From IMG/VR virus record IMGVR_UViG_3300037249_001000, positions 32,001-96,000 of that record: a stretch of 64,000 nucleotides of DNA, one strand, 5' to 3'. Origin of the DNA: a virus. Its lineage: Duplodnaviria; Caudoviricetes. A program made the position numbers and the translations under genes. This document shows, piece after piece, positions 9,547 to 19,609 of the stretch (position 1 is the stretch's first letter; each line of letters opens with the position of its first letter). The notes below the pieces were generated by a model, which worked only from the letters and a program-made list of their open reading frames with translations, did no database searches and was not told the DNA's origin.

Positions 9547-11532
9547 TTATTCAAAATTATGCTTTTGTGTAATAACCATTTGATTTCCTGAAATAAGAAG
9601 ACCAATCAGGTCAATAGTTGCAATTAATATTTCTTCATCAGTTTTTGATGAATTAATTACAACTGATACAAACTCTCTTGTTGAAACATCAAATACTTTA
9701 CCTGTACGAACAGAATGATCAATTATTATATCATGCATCGAATACGTATTTTCGTCAATTACATCTTCTTTATCTAATTCTAATACAGGTTTATCAAAGA
9801 ATTCATTAATTTCATAAAGATGATGTATCTCTTTATCATCAAATGCATTACTTAAAACAGTTTTATACACATCAGTAAAACCATCATATAATATATTCAA
9901 TAATGTAGAATAAATTGATACTGATCTCTCATCAAGGTCCGGTGATATAATACATTCAACCAATGTATCTTGAATAGCTTTCATCATATCAACATTACAT
10001 CCATTAACAACGCCATTATCAAATGCTGATGAAGCGGCTTTAATAGCATCGTCCACAGCATCTTTTAAAAGCTTTTGAGACAATTCACTATCTCCACCAA
10101 CTTCGATAACACCCATCTTTAACTTCAAAGCGTAATATCTCTGAAATGCCTGATTTACTACAAGATTGAATGTACCAAGTTTCTTATACTTTTCTTCGGT
10201 TTCTTTAAGTATCGATTCAGCATCTTTTAAAGTTGCATTATACATTTTTTCATCATAATAAAAATCTGTAAACAATGATTTTTTCAAACCAATAGAACCA
10301 TTTCCAACATAACCTAATCTAATAGCATTTGGTGAAAGAGGTAATCTTTCAATATCATCAGTTTTTTTATCATTAGCAAATCTTACGGGATTTGAATCTT
10401 TGATACCTATACAAATTAAATTAGGAATATCTGTACGATTATCAATATTAAATATATTGGTTATTGGTTCATGATTTTCAATTTCTTCATAAATAGAAGA
10501 AAGTAGAGTTCTATCAATAATCAATGTATTACACAACATTGCAAAGTCTGAAGCTAACTTTCTTGTATGTTCCGACAGTGCTTTATACGTACAAAGTACT
10601 AGATTAATTTCTTTTGTAGATTTATATTCTGCAAGTAAATCACGTCTAATTGTTTGACCTAATGCTGTTTCATCATAAGATGAAGCACAAACAATAAGTT
10701 TTCTTCCTCTCATTCTTGATTGTTCATTGAGAGGTTTGAGAATTTTTTCATATATTTCTTTTGTAATTTTTACAGAGAAGAATATAATATCTGCATTACT
10801 AACATTCATTGTGTTATCATCTGAATTAATATACAATTTATCATTTAACACAAGATCAAATTGATAACCTGAAATAATCCTTTTCTTAGTAATACCATCA
10901 GGTGCAAGTTCACAAGTAATTCCCGGAAACTGCAGTTCTTTATACATATCAGCAATGTATGATGAAATAAGTTGGTCACCGTTAGATGAAATATATACGA
11001 TCTTGTATATATTATCATATAATTCTTCAGGATTATTTGAATTAATACTTTTTACATATTTGTGTAAATTATTAATAATTCTATTTTTAATATTATTATA
11101 AATTTGAATGATATCTCTTGGCATAATAAACTTCTTTTGAAGTTCTTCCTTATGCTTGAGATAATTCTGATAAATGCTATTTGTAGCAATTACAGCAGAT
11201 GTTGTTCCATCACCTACACTATAATTAAGTCTACCACAAATATCAGAAGCCATATTAGCAATAGCTTGGTCTACCAATTGTTCTGAAGCATCCATCGAAA
11301 GATTCTTCATAATAGTAAAGCCATCTTTTGTTACATGCGAATATGGATAATTATATATTAAAGTAGGAGCACCATACGGTCCGAATGATTTAGCCAACGT
11401 ACTCCATAAAAGTTTAAATACTTTTGATACTCTTTCTTCATACATTTCTTTTGAAATAACATTTAACCTAGGTTCTTTCTTAAAAAGAACCTCTTCATCA
11501 TTTTTCATGCGTTCATTTAAAATTTCACTCAT
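9547..11532 (-). CDS. groEL: Phage GroEL-like chaperonin
   Basis: SFGPYG, VTKDG, GDGTTS, IEVGG, DAVDDAIKA motifs; no groES seen in the window. Confidence 0.9.
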   Translation of the reverse strand: MSEILNERMKNDEEVLFKKEPRLNVISKEMYEERVSKVFKLLWSTLAKSFGPYGAPTLIYNYPYSHVTKDGFTIMKNLSMDASEQLVDQAIANMASDICGRLNYSVGDGTTSAVIATNSIYQNYLKHKEELQKKFIMPRDIIQIYNNIKNRIINNLHKYVKSINSNNPEELYDNIYKIVYISSNGDQLISSYIADMYKELQFPGITCELAPDGITKKRIISGYQFDLVLNDKLYINSDDNTMNVSNADIIFFSVKITKEIYEKILKPLNEQSRMRGRKLIVCASSYDETALGQTIRRDLLAEYKSTKEINLVLCTYKALSEHTRKLASDFAMLCNTLIIDRTLLSSIYEEIENHEPITNIFNIDNRTDIPNLICIGIKDSNPVRFANDKKTDDIERLPLSPNAIRLGYVGNGSIGLKKSLFTDFYYDEKMYNATLKDAESILKETEEKYKKLGTFNLVVNQAFQRYYALKLKMGVIEVGGDSELSQKLLKDAVDDAIKAASSAFDNGVVNGCNVDMMKAIQDTLVECIISPDLDERSVSIYSTLLNILYDGFTDVYKTVLSNAFDDKEIHHLYEINEFFDKPVLELDKEDVIDENTYSMHDIIIDHSVRTGKVFDVSTREFVSVVINSSKTDEEILIATIDLIGLLISGNQMVITQKHNFE

Positions 11533-11584
11533 AGTTGTTATCCTCCTTAATTTTTAATAAATAAAACAACTTAGAAATTTGTTG

Positions 11585-12397
11585 TTAGGATTTTTGATTT
11601 CTATTTGATATCTGTTGATATCTTTCCTCTGCCTTAAATGAATCAAAATTATCAAAAAATGAACACTTAAAAACCGTGTCATTAGCTAATGCTTTTACAT
11701 CTACCTTTAATTTAGATTTATCATGAAGTTCATAATTATATCTAAGTCCATTAGCAATTAAAATTGATGACATATATAATTTATTTGCTTCTTTTATTTT
11801 ATTTACTTTTTCAATATCAGATAAAACATATGTTGAATCATTGGGAATATTTTTTATAATATTTGAAAAATCACCATAAACATATTCAACCTTTCCAGCA
11901 TGTGATGAAAATTTTAGCATGTCATCAATAAACCATTTAATACCAGGTTCATTATATTCACTATAAATCATAATACGTTTAACCATACCTGGACTATCAC
12001 TCAATAATATATTAAGACTTTTATAAAAAATTAATTTTGTATCTGCCATATATAATTCTTTATTATCACGTACGCAATTATAAAGAAATTTATTATACCA
12101 TTCGTCATTTGGTTCACCCATATTTTTATATGCTTCATCTTGTAATCCCATACTTTTAAATATATTTCTATGTTTTCTATACACATACCATTCAACCATA
12201 TTTTGTACAGAATATGAAGATATGTTATCAATTTTAAAAATTTCATTAAGTTTTTTATTATTTTTCAATATATAAGTTAAAATAAACCATGGCATTTCAA
12301 TAACATCATGAAATTCAATAAATAAACATTGAGAATTATAAAATAACGTATCCGTACTACTATGGTATATCATATCTGCTTTTACATTATCAGCCAT
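11585..12397 (-). CDS. Hypothetical protein
   Basis: 270-aa ORF, AAAGGAG SD. Confidence 0.7.
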   Translation of the reverse strand: MADNVKADMIYHSSTDTLFYNSQCLFIEFHDVIEMPWFILTYILKNNKKLNEIFKIDNISSYSVQNMVEWYVYRKHRNIFKSMGLQDEAYKNMGEPNDEWYNKFLYNCVRDNKELYMADTKLIFYKSLNILLSDSPGMVKRIMIYSEYNEPGIKWFIDDMLKFSSHAGKVEYVYGDFSNIIKNIPNDSTYVLSDIEKVNKIKEANKLYMSSILIANGLRYNYELHDKSKLKVDVKALANDTVFKCSFFDNFDSFKAEERYQQISNRNQKS

Positions 12398-12463
12398 TAG
12401 TATCTCTCCTTTATAAAAAAATTAAGAGACTGATTTTCTAAAATCAGTCTCCCATTTAATTGA

Positions 12464-13159
12464 TTAGTCAAATGGAAGAAAATCTTCCATACTATTTACA
12501 TTGGTTGTATTTGCTTGAAAATTTTGTTGTGGTGTTGAATTTTGATAATTTTGATTTGTTCTCTGATATGCTGCTTTAACCATATCATTATATTTAACTG
12601 AATGTGCAATTACAGGACTTAAATCTTTTATAGCGTATACCTTATTCATGAAATTAATAAGATCTGTTTCAACTACTACTTCTTCTGCTGAACCTGTACT
12701 TGACACATAGTTGGTGAGGTATTGCCTTTTATTGAATGTATGTTTAATAACATTACTTGCAACACCAGTTTCATTAATACCTATTGCAATTGATAAGTAT
12801 GCTATACCATCTTCATATCCTACTGTTAAAATTTTTCTTGCATCCCCGTTATCAGCACTAATAACAATAGAAACAGATCCATTGTCTTTTACACCATTAA
12901 TTGCAGGAAGTACTTCTTTTTCAAATCCAGTAATAAGAGCAATAGCATTTTCGGGTGTAATAGATGTACTTATAATTTGCGATCTATCTTCAGCATATTG
13001 TCTAAGACCGTTTGCATCTTTACCAACACACGGTTTCAAGTTAATTGACAGTTGCTTATTCCATGCACCAGCATTAAGCTGAGCAGTCTCTGAATACGAT
13101 GTATATAAACTCGTATTCAAATTAATCTCCTGACGTGAATTGTTTGATCTAAAAAACAT
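12464..13159 (-). CDS. Probable single-stranded DNA-binding protein
   Basis: Beta-rich body, Q/N-rich linker, acidic C-terminal EDFLPFD like SSB tails; AAGGAGG SD before ATG 13159; early promoter at 13203-13210. Confidence 0.55.
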   Translation of the reverse strand: MFFRSNNSRQEINLNTSLYTSYSETAQLNAGAWNKQLSINLKPCVGKDANGLRQYAEDRSQIISTSITPENAIALITGFEKEVLPAINGVKDNGSVSIVISADNGDARKILTVGYEDGIAYLSIAIGINETGVASNVIKHTFNKRQYLTNYVSSTGSAEEVVVETDLINFMNKVYAIKDLSPVIAHSVKYNDMVKAAYQRTNQNYQNSTPQQNFQANTTNVNSMEDFLPFD

Positions 13160-13226
13160 ATTTTTGTCCTCCTTATTTACAAAGAATATTATTATCAAAT
13201 TTATAATATATAAATAATTTTATCTT

Positions 13227-14027
13227 TTAATTGACACTTTCGTCAATAGTTTCTTCTTCCGGATTATTTTTTATTTCTGATTTTCTTTTTGGGTATTTCT
13301 TTAATATTTTATTTCTCACTTTACTCTCAATCTCATTTTTAAAATCTTTATTAATCATTTTTTTATACAATGGAACAAAATTTCCAGTTAATACGAATGA
13401 ATCAAATTTTTCTCTCACATATTGTAAATCCAATTGAGCATTATTATTATTTGATTCACATAAATCAAAAAATTCATCTATTGTATAATCTAACGATAAA
13501 ACGTAATTAACTATATTTGCCAAATTTGATAGTACTAATACATCGTACTCATCATTTATCTCAGATTTAAAATTTAAATAAATAACATCTTTCTTTTTAT
13601 CACAAATAGATGTTATTTCATCTTTTCTTGTATCTATAATATTACATACTATATTTACAAAATTTTTCTTTATATCATTTATAAAAAATTTATAGGTAAA
13701 ATGAATTAATTCATGCTGATTATCTTCATTATAATCGTCAATATTATCAATACCTATTTGTAGATAATTATAAAACATTTTCTCCATAAATTCTATAAAA
13801 TCTGTTTGTAAACTATCTAATTCAGCTTGCTCATATTCATACATATTTCTTACTGAAAATTCATATTTATTAATAAAGCTTTTCACATAATCGGTTTTAC
13901 GATATTCTAATGGGTCATTAAATTGAGATTTAATAGCCTCTTCTAATAGGTTTAATGGAATGGCGGATAGAAATAATTCATTTTCTATTTCATCACTTTC
14001 ATCGTAAAAAATATTGTTTACGTTCAT
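13227..14027 (-). CDS. Acidic hypothetical protein
   Basis: 266-aa ORF with GGAG SD. Confidence 0.7.
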   Translation of the reverse strand: MNVNNIFYDESDEIENELFLSAIPLNLLEEAIKSQFNDPLEYRKTDYVKSFINKYEFSVRNMYEYEQAELDSLQTDFIEFMEKMFYNYLQIGIDNIDDYNEDNQHELIHFTYKFFINDIKKNFVNIVCNIIDTRKDEITSICDKKKDVIYLNFKSEINDEYDVLVLSNLANIVNYVLSLDYTIDEFFDLCESNNNNAQLDLQYVREKFDSFVLTGNFVPLYKKMINKDFKNEIESKVRNKILKKYPKRKSEIKNNPEEETIDESVN

Positions 14028-14091
14028 TTTTTATTTTTCTCCCCTCTATATAATAATGAAAGTGTGGATGGGTTTTGGTTTTTGATTATTT

Positions 14092-15186
14092 CTATTTTAT
14101 ATTTTTATATAGTTTATTGATAATATCTTTTTCTTCAGAATGGTTGTTTAAATAATTTTCCAAAGAAATATTACCATCTTGTAATAAATAAAACATCATA
14201 TGATTACAATGATTGAATAGACTACAGATTTCTTTATGAACATCCATGTTTTCAGAAGCATAAACATTATAGACTATTATCTCACATATAGTTTTATATG
14301 TTGCTATGAAAAATCTGAAACACTTTTCACCATCAAGATATCTATCAGTATCTAAGATTTCATATGTTTTATATATTAAAGAATCAAATTCTTTCTTACT
14401 TTCATTCGATAAGTTAAACTCATATTCAAATATAATATCTTTCATTTTATAAAATACAGGATTTAGTAACTTATTTAACATTCGGTCTATTTGAATCTGA
14501 CGTCTAATTGTTAAATCGTTAGATAATACTAAATATGGTGGTTCTTTACGCATTTCATTAATTTCTTTAATATCAGGTTTTAAGTAAGAAAATTCTTTAA
14601 TTTCACTAATAGTTTCCAATAATCTAATTTTTGTTTCTATAATTTGAAATATGTTGTTTTTATATTCGTCTGGTAAATTTAATTGACCACTTATATTAAT
14701 AGCTTCATATTTCTTAAATATTTCGTGAGCTTTTTTATCACGGTCTTCTTTTTCTTTATTACTAATACTATAATTTATATCTTGTCTAAATGTCTTAATA
14801 TCATTAAGTGTAGCAGTAAGTTCATCATCATGATCTGTTTTACAAATTTTTTCAATTAATGATCTAAAATACATTATTGCATCATATTTTTTTTCTTTAT
14901 TTAAATTACTACGTGTAATATAATCAATTTCATCGACTATATCAATTTGATTAATATGATATAATTTTTTAGACAAAAATGTAGTTCTTCTACGTAATTC
15001 TTTATTTTCATCAGTTTTAAGTCTTATTTCATTATCTAAGTTTTCTTTTAATGTTAAAAACCTGTCATCTTGTTCATCAAATAACTCACACGCTTTATTT
15101 TTTTCATATCGTTTTGTTAATTCATGTGAAGCTAGTGCAATCAACGATGATGAAATTACACCAAATAAAATATTTTTATAACCCAT
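14092..15186 (-). CDS. N-terminally anchored coiled-coil protein
   Basis: ILFGVISSSLIALAS then a charged helical region; AAGGAGG SD. Confidence 0.65.
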   Translation of the reverse strand: MGYKNILFGVISSSLIALASHELTKRYEKNKACELFDEQDDRFLTLKENLDNEIRLKTDENKELRRRTTFLSKKLYHINQIDIVDEIDYITRSNLNKEKKYDAIMYFRSLIEKICKTDHDDELTATLNDIKTFRQDINYSISNKEKEDRDKKAHEIFKKYEAINISGQLNLPDEYKNNIFQIIETKIRLLETISEIKEFSYLKPDIKEINEMRKEPPYLVLSNDLTIRRQIQIDRMLNKLLNPVFYKMKDIIFEYEFNLSNESKKEFDSLIYKTYEILDTDRYLDGEKCFRFFIATYKTICEIIVYNVYASENMDVHKEICSLFNHCNHMMFYLLQDGNISLENYLNNHSEEKDIINKLYKNIK

Positions 15187-15222
15187 ATATTTTCCTCCTT
15201 TTTCTATCCCTATGTAATTATT

Positions 15223-15666
15223 TTAATGAAATCTGGGCTTTGAATTATAGTTTTCATTAATATCAAGTTGACAATCATCTGAATTTCTATTCAGTATTTC
15301 TTTAACATCATCATCAGTACAATGAGTTGTATAACAATTGCATCCACATTCATCACAGCAACCATTACTACATTTAGATTTAGGTTTTTTATTATTAAAA
15401 GAACCCCTCTTATAATATCTACACTTTCTATTATCACATTTTGTTAATCTAATACATACTTCATTATTACTATTTAATACTTTATCTAAATCATTTAATC
15501 CAGGAATACGCATACTAGGGTCATTCTTAAATGTTTCAAAATGTCCACAATTACAACATGTTATTGTAAATAATTTATGATCTATTTTTTTAAATAATTT
15601 ATTTCTTGCACCACAAACGTTGCATTTATATATAACAATTTCATGTCTAGCAAATTCTCTACTCAT
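15223..15666 (-). CDS. Cys-rich zinc-binding protein (late)
   Basis: CNVC...CCNC ribbon plus CSNGCCDECGCNC cluster; AACA-N6-TA at 15705-15694. Confidence 0.65.
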   Translation of the reverse strand: MSREFARHEIVIYKCNVCGARNKLFKKIDHKLFTITCCNCGHFETFKNDPSMRIPGLNDLDKVLNSNNEVCIRLTKCDNRKCRYYKRGSFNNKKPKSKCSNGCCDECGCNCYTTHCTDDDVKEILNRNSDDCQLDINENYNSKPRFH

Positions 15667-15768
15667 ACATATCTTCCTTTCAAAATAGTGTTTTATAGCA
15701 ATGTTTTTTGGGGTTATTATAACAAAAAAAAGAGTGTAATATAATTTTTATATTACACTCCACACTTA

Positions 15769-16155
15769 TTAACAGTATTCTTTTATACCATATCTCATAT
15801 ATGTATACGAGATAAGCTTTCGTACTTCGTCATCAAGATCTTTCAAAGTTTTGACTGTGATTCCAGCTGTTTGAAATCTCATAATATGACTGATTGTTAA
15901 TGTTGTATTAAATCCTTGTTTAATGTCGTAGTCGTTATCATCAACAATCATAAGAATTCTATTACTTTGTGATATAATGACTGGACTAAGAGTTATATCA
16001 AAATCTTGTCTCATTTTCTTAAGACATGCCATGGATTCTGATAAACTTTTAAATTGTTGTTTATACCGTGTAACAATTGTTACACTTGCTGTGACCGATA
16101 TTGTTGCAGCGGTCACAGCAGTTGACAGTGTAAATGCTAAGGTTTTTTTATTCAT
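15769..16155 (-). CDS. N-terminally anchored hypothetical protein
   Basis: LAFTLSTAVTAATISVTASVTIV segment. Confidence 0.6.
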   Translation of the reverse strand: MNKKTLAFTLSTAVTAATISVTASVTIVTRYKQQFKSLSESMACLKKMRQDFDITLSPVIISQSNRILMIVDDNDYDIKQGFNTTLTISHIMRFQTAGITVKTLKDLDDEVRKLISYTYMRYGIKEYC

Positions 16156-16271
16156 GTGTACATCCTCTCTTCAAAATAATTATTTTAAATTAAAGATAAG
16201 AAAAATTTTCTTCCTATCTTTAAAATAGTAACTAATATATATGCTTCTATAAAATTATAAAAAATCATAGT

Positions 16272-17522
16272 TTATTCCTCGCTATCGTTTGTAATATTTT
16301 CTAAATATTCTTCAACCATATTATTATACTCATCAATTGCTTCAAATTCCGATGCTACATATTTTTCTATTTTATCATCAGACAGATTATGTTGACTAAT
16401 TAATATAATATCCTGTAATAATGTATAAAAATCATCATTTCTATTATTATCACTATCATCATTTATAATATCTTCCATTTTACGTAAAATATTAGATAGC
16501 GACATTATAGTTTTAATTCGTATATCATTATCTGATATTGAATCAATATTATATAAAATAACAGGAATCAACATAGGTGTTTTGTTATTAAAGAAATTTG
16601 TTCTATTAAGGAATTTATTATCTCTAAGTCTATAATATTTCTCAAAAATTTGATAAACATCATTGATATTAATTATACAAAATTTCATATTATCATAAAA
16701 TTCTTCTATCTTTTCAAGTGTTTCTTTATCAACATCTAATTTAGAAATGTAATTTAAATCATTTATTTCATTATAATGTGTTGATTTATTAACTATCGTA
16801 CGTTTAATAAAAATGTATTCAAGAATATTATCTAAAATCGATTTATAACTAAATGCATCTTCATCATCATCTAATTCTTCTATACGATTACAAATATCTT
16901 GATACACTTCTGGTGTCATAATATCATTTAAACTCATTCTCTCAATTATAGCAGAATTTTCCTCGTCATCTTCATCTTCGTCATCATCAAAATCAGAATC
17001 ATCGATATTAAGATGAATTTGATCTTGTAAAAATGAATCCACATGTTCTTCTGGAACATCTACTTCTATTTTAATAGGTTTTTCAACAACTAAATCAATC
17101 TTACTTAATCGTTTCATTGATTTAATTAATGATTTATCATCACTTGCGTTAATACAATCTTCAGCAGCTTCTAAATAATCCTTATTTATAATATTAGCTA
17201 CTGGTTTACTCATATTAGTAAATATATCAATTGATGCGGTTTGATAATTGTCTATAAAATCAACTAGTTTTTGTCTTTCTTCTAATGAATTAGAATACTT
17301 TTCATTAACCGAAGTTAATTCTTTTTCGAGATCTTCTATTTCTTCTTCATCATTACAACACTTTGATTTTAATTTTGAATTTTCTTTTTTCAATTCTTCC
17401 ATATTTTGTTTGAATTGAAGAAATTTTTCCTCATCCTCTTTCTTGGTAAGCGTACGAGTAATCACAGCTGATGTTACAACTCCTCCCACTAAAATACCTA
17501 ATTGATAAATACTGTTGCTCAT
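16272..17522 (-). CDS. N-terminally anchored acidic coiled-coil protein
   Basis: LGILVGGVVTSAVIT, heptad region, D/E tract; early promoter at 17566-17573. Confidence 0.65.
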   Translation of the reverse strand: MSNSIYQLGILVGGVVTSAVITRTLTKKEDEEKFLQFKQNMEELKKENSKLKSKCCNDEEEIEDLEKELTSVNEKYSNSLEERQKLVDFIDNYQTASIDIFTNMSKPVANIINKDYLEAAEDCINASDDKSLIKSMKRLSKIDLVVEKPIKIEVDVPEEHVDSFLQDQIHLNIDDSDFDDDEDEDDEENSAIIERMSLNDIMTPEVYQDICNRIEELDDDEDAFSYKSILDNILEYIFIKRTIVNKSTHYNEINDLNYISKLDVDKETLEKIEEFYDNMKFCIININDVYQIFEKYYRLRDNKFLNRTNFFNNKTPMLIPVILYNIDSISDNDIRIKTIMSLSNILRKMEDIINDDSDNNRNDDFYTLLQDIILISQHNLSDDKIEKYVASEFEAIDEYNNMVEEYLENITNDSEE

Positions 17523-17638
17523 ATGACATTCTCCTTTATAAATAATTTATATTTAATATACAATGATAATATATAATTCAATAAAATAATAAATTAATTA
17601 GTATGAATAAGAATAGTTCTTATTCATACTAATATTAT

Positions 17639-18070
17639 TTAAAACTTTTTCTTTCTAATTGGGACTAGTGCAGGTTTACCATTTTCGAGCATATTAATAA
17701 ACTTTTCTCTATCTTTCCAGATAATCTTATACTTTGCATCAAAATAATCCATATCTGTCCAATATCTATTAAGTTTATTTCCTTGTGCTAAAAGTATTCC
17801 TACAATATAATTTTTTGGAAGTTCACTTTTAATTTTTTCTTCTAAAAAATTACAAACGTCTTTATTCGTAATCTTACCAAAGAATTCAGAATCATAATTC
17901 TCAGGAACAGACAAAATTAGCATATACTCGTTCTCATATTTTTTATTAATAGTTGAAACAATTTCAACGCCTAATAATTTCATAACATCAAGTATACTAT
18001 ATGCCGCTGAATCTAATCCATATTCTTTAAAAAAATTTTTTGGTTGCCTACGATGTATTATCATAAACAT
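17639..18070 (-). CDS. Hypothetical protein, paralog of 19075..19569
   Basis: LSVPENYDSEFFGKITNKDVCNF vs ITLPEFYESTFFDGITHNDIICF. Confidence 0.65.
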   Translation of the reverse strand: MFMIIHRRQPKNFFKEYGLDSAAYSILDVMKLLGVEIVSTINKKYENEYMLILSVPENYDSEFFGKITNKDVCNFLEEKIKSELPKNYIVGILLAQGNKLNRYWTDMDYFDAKYKIIWKDREKFINMLENGKPALVPIRKKKF

Positions 18071-18082
18071 TCCTCCATAGAA

Positions 18083-19051
18083 TTATTCATGAATAAATTT
18101 TTCAAGTTTATCTGTTATCAATACAGATGTATCTTGTAAATCATATTTAAAAGCCAAATCATTTACCAATGATTTATATGCTGCTTTTATTGCATTAGTT
18201 AATGATGTAGCAATATCCTCTGAATTAATATTTAAATTGTTATATTTATTATAAATTCTGTCATATAAACTAGCTAAATCACTATTAATTCCATCATCAT
18301 CAAATTGTTTCATTATTACAGTCGATAAAATATCCATTGTCTTCGTGGCAGATAGCATTGTATTATAATTAATTTCATATATATGCTTCAAATCAGATTC
18401 AGCATCTAAGTACTTTAATACTAAACTATTACTCACATCTTTATTAAATTTATCAATAGTTCTCCCTTTATCTATTAATAAAGGTCTATGCATTACGGCT
18501 CGAAATGTATTATCAACATGCATGAAAATTAGATTATACCTGTTATCAAGATGTTGATCAACTGTATCTGCTATAAAAAATAAATTTTCACTTTTTCTAT
18601 CTACTCCACCAAGTAGTATCACACTTGATTCAGTATCGGTATTTTTTTGATTATAGAGAATATAAAGTGAATTAAAAACATCCTTAGTTACTTTAATATC
18701 ATGAGAAAAAATTAAAGGTGTTTGTCCATAGTCTCTAATATATGTTTCCAATCTACTTAATTTAAGATTAAAATTCTGACTTTGCTCTATAAATGACACT
18801 AAATCATTTTTCTTAAAATACTTATCATAAAAATGTTTTTCAGCTTTATACTCCTTAAGTTCTCTAAACGTCATATTATAGATATCATTACAGATATCAT
18901 AACATTTTTCATCTAAAGGACTGTCATATAGAGCAGTCAATCTATCAATAACATTAACACAATAATATACATAATCTAATTGATTAACATAAACCCCTAA
19001 ATCATATAATTCTTTTATCATTTCCACACCAATATAATCTGTTATTTTCAT
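18083..19051 (-). CDS. Hypothetical protein
   Basis: 322-aa ORF, AAGGAG SD. Confidence 0.7.
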   Translation of the reverse strand: MKITDYIGVEMIKELYDLGVYVNQLDYVYYCVNVIDRLTALYDSPLDEKCYDICNDIYNMTFRELKEYKAEKHFYDKYFKKNDLVSFIEQSQNFNLKLSRLETYIRDYGQTPLIFSHDIKVTKDVFNSLYILYNQKNTDTESSVILLGGVDRKSENLFFIADTVDQHLDNRYNLIFMHVDNTFRAVMHRPLLIDKGRTIDKFNKDVSNSLVLKYLDAESDLKHIYEINYNTMLSATKTMDILSTVIMKQFDDDGINSDLASLYDRIYNKYNNLNINSEDIATSLTNAIKAAYKSLVNDLAFKYDLQDTSVLITDKLEKFIHE

Positions 19052-19074
19052 TTTTATTGTCTCCTTAAATTTTA

Positions 19075-19569
19075 TTATAACATATTATATTTACCAGCTA
19101 ATAAAAATCTATAAAAATCTATAAGAGAACCATCTCTTATATCTGGGTGAGAATAAGCCCATTCTTTCTGATATTTAGGTTTTTTAGTTCTTGAATTAAA
19201 CTTACCATTCTCCCAGTCATCATTAACTGATAAAAATTTTTCTTTTGTCCAAGTTTTATTATTAGCAATATCATAAATAACTGAAATGTTAAATACAACA
19301 TCATCAGATCTAATAAAATTAGCTAATGATTCTTGAATAAAACAGATAATATCATTATGAGTAATACCATCAAAAAAAGTTGACTCGTAAAACTCAGGTA
19401 ATGTTATAGAAAGAACTAATCCTTTCTCATCTGTTTTAATAAAATTATTAAACTTTGCTCCTAATACACACATCTTGTATACTGGAAGTTCTGGATGACT
19501 AAATTCTATATTCTTAAAACATTTTATGTCATAGTCATCAACAACTGCTGAACGAAATTTCATATCCAC
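19075..19569 (-). CDS. Hypothetical protein, paralog of 17639..18070
   Basis: Shared P-E-x-Y-x-S-x-F-F-x-x-I-T motif. Confidence 0.65.
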   Translation of the reverse strand: MDMKFRSAVVDDYDIKCFKNIEFSHPELPVYKMCVLGAKFNNFIKTDEKGLVLSITLPEFYESTFFDGITHNDIICFIQESLANFIRSDDVVFNISVIYDIANNKTWTKEKFLSVNDDWENGKFNSRTKKPKYQKEWAYSHPDIRDGSLIDFYRFLLAGKYNML

Positions 19570-19609
19570 GTTTACCTCTCTTTTACATATTCGATATAAT
19601 CTTGAAATA

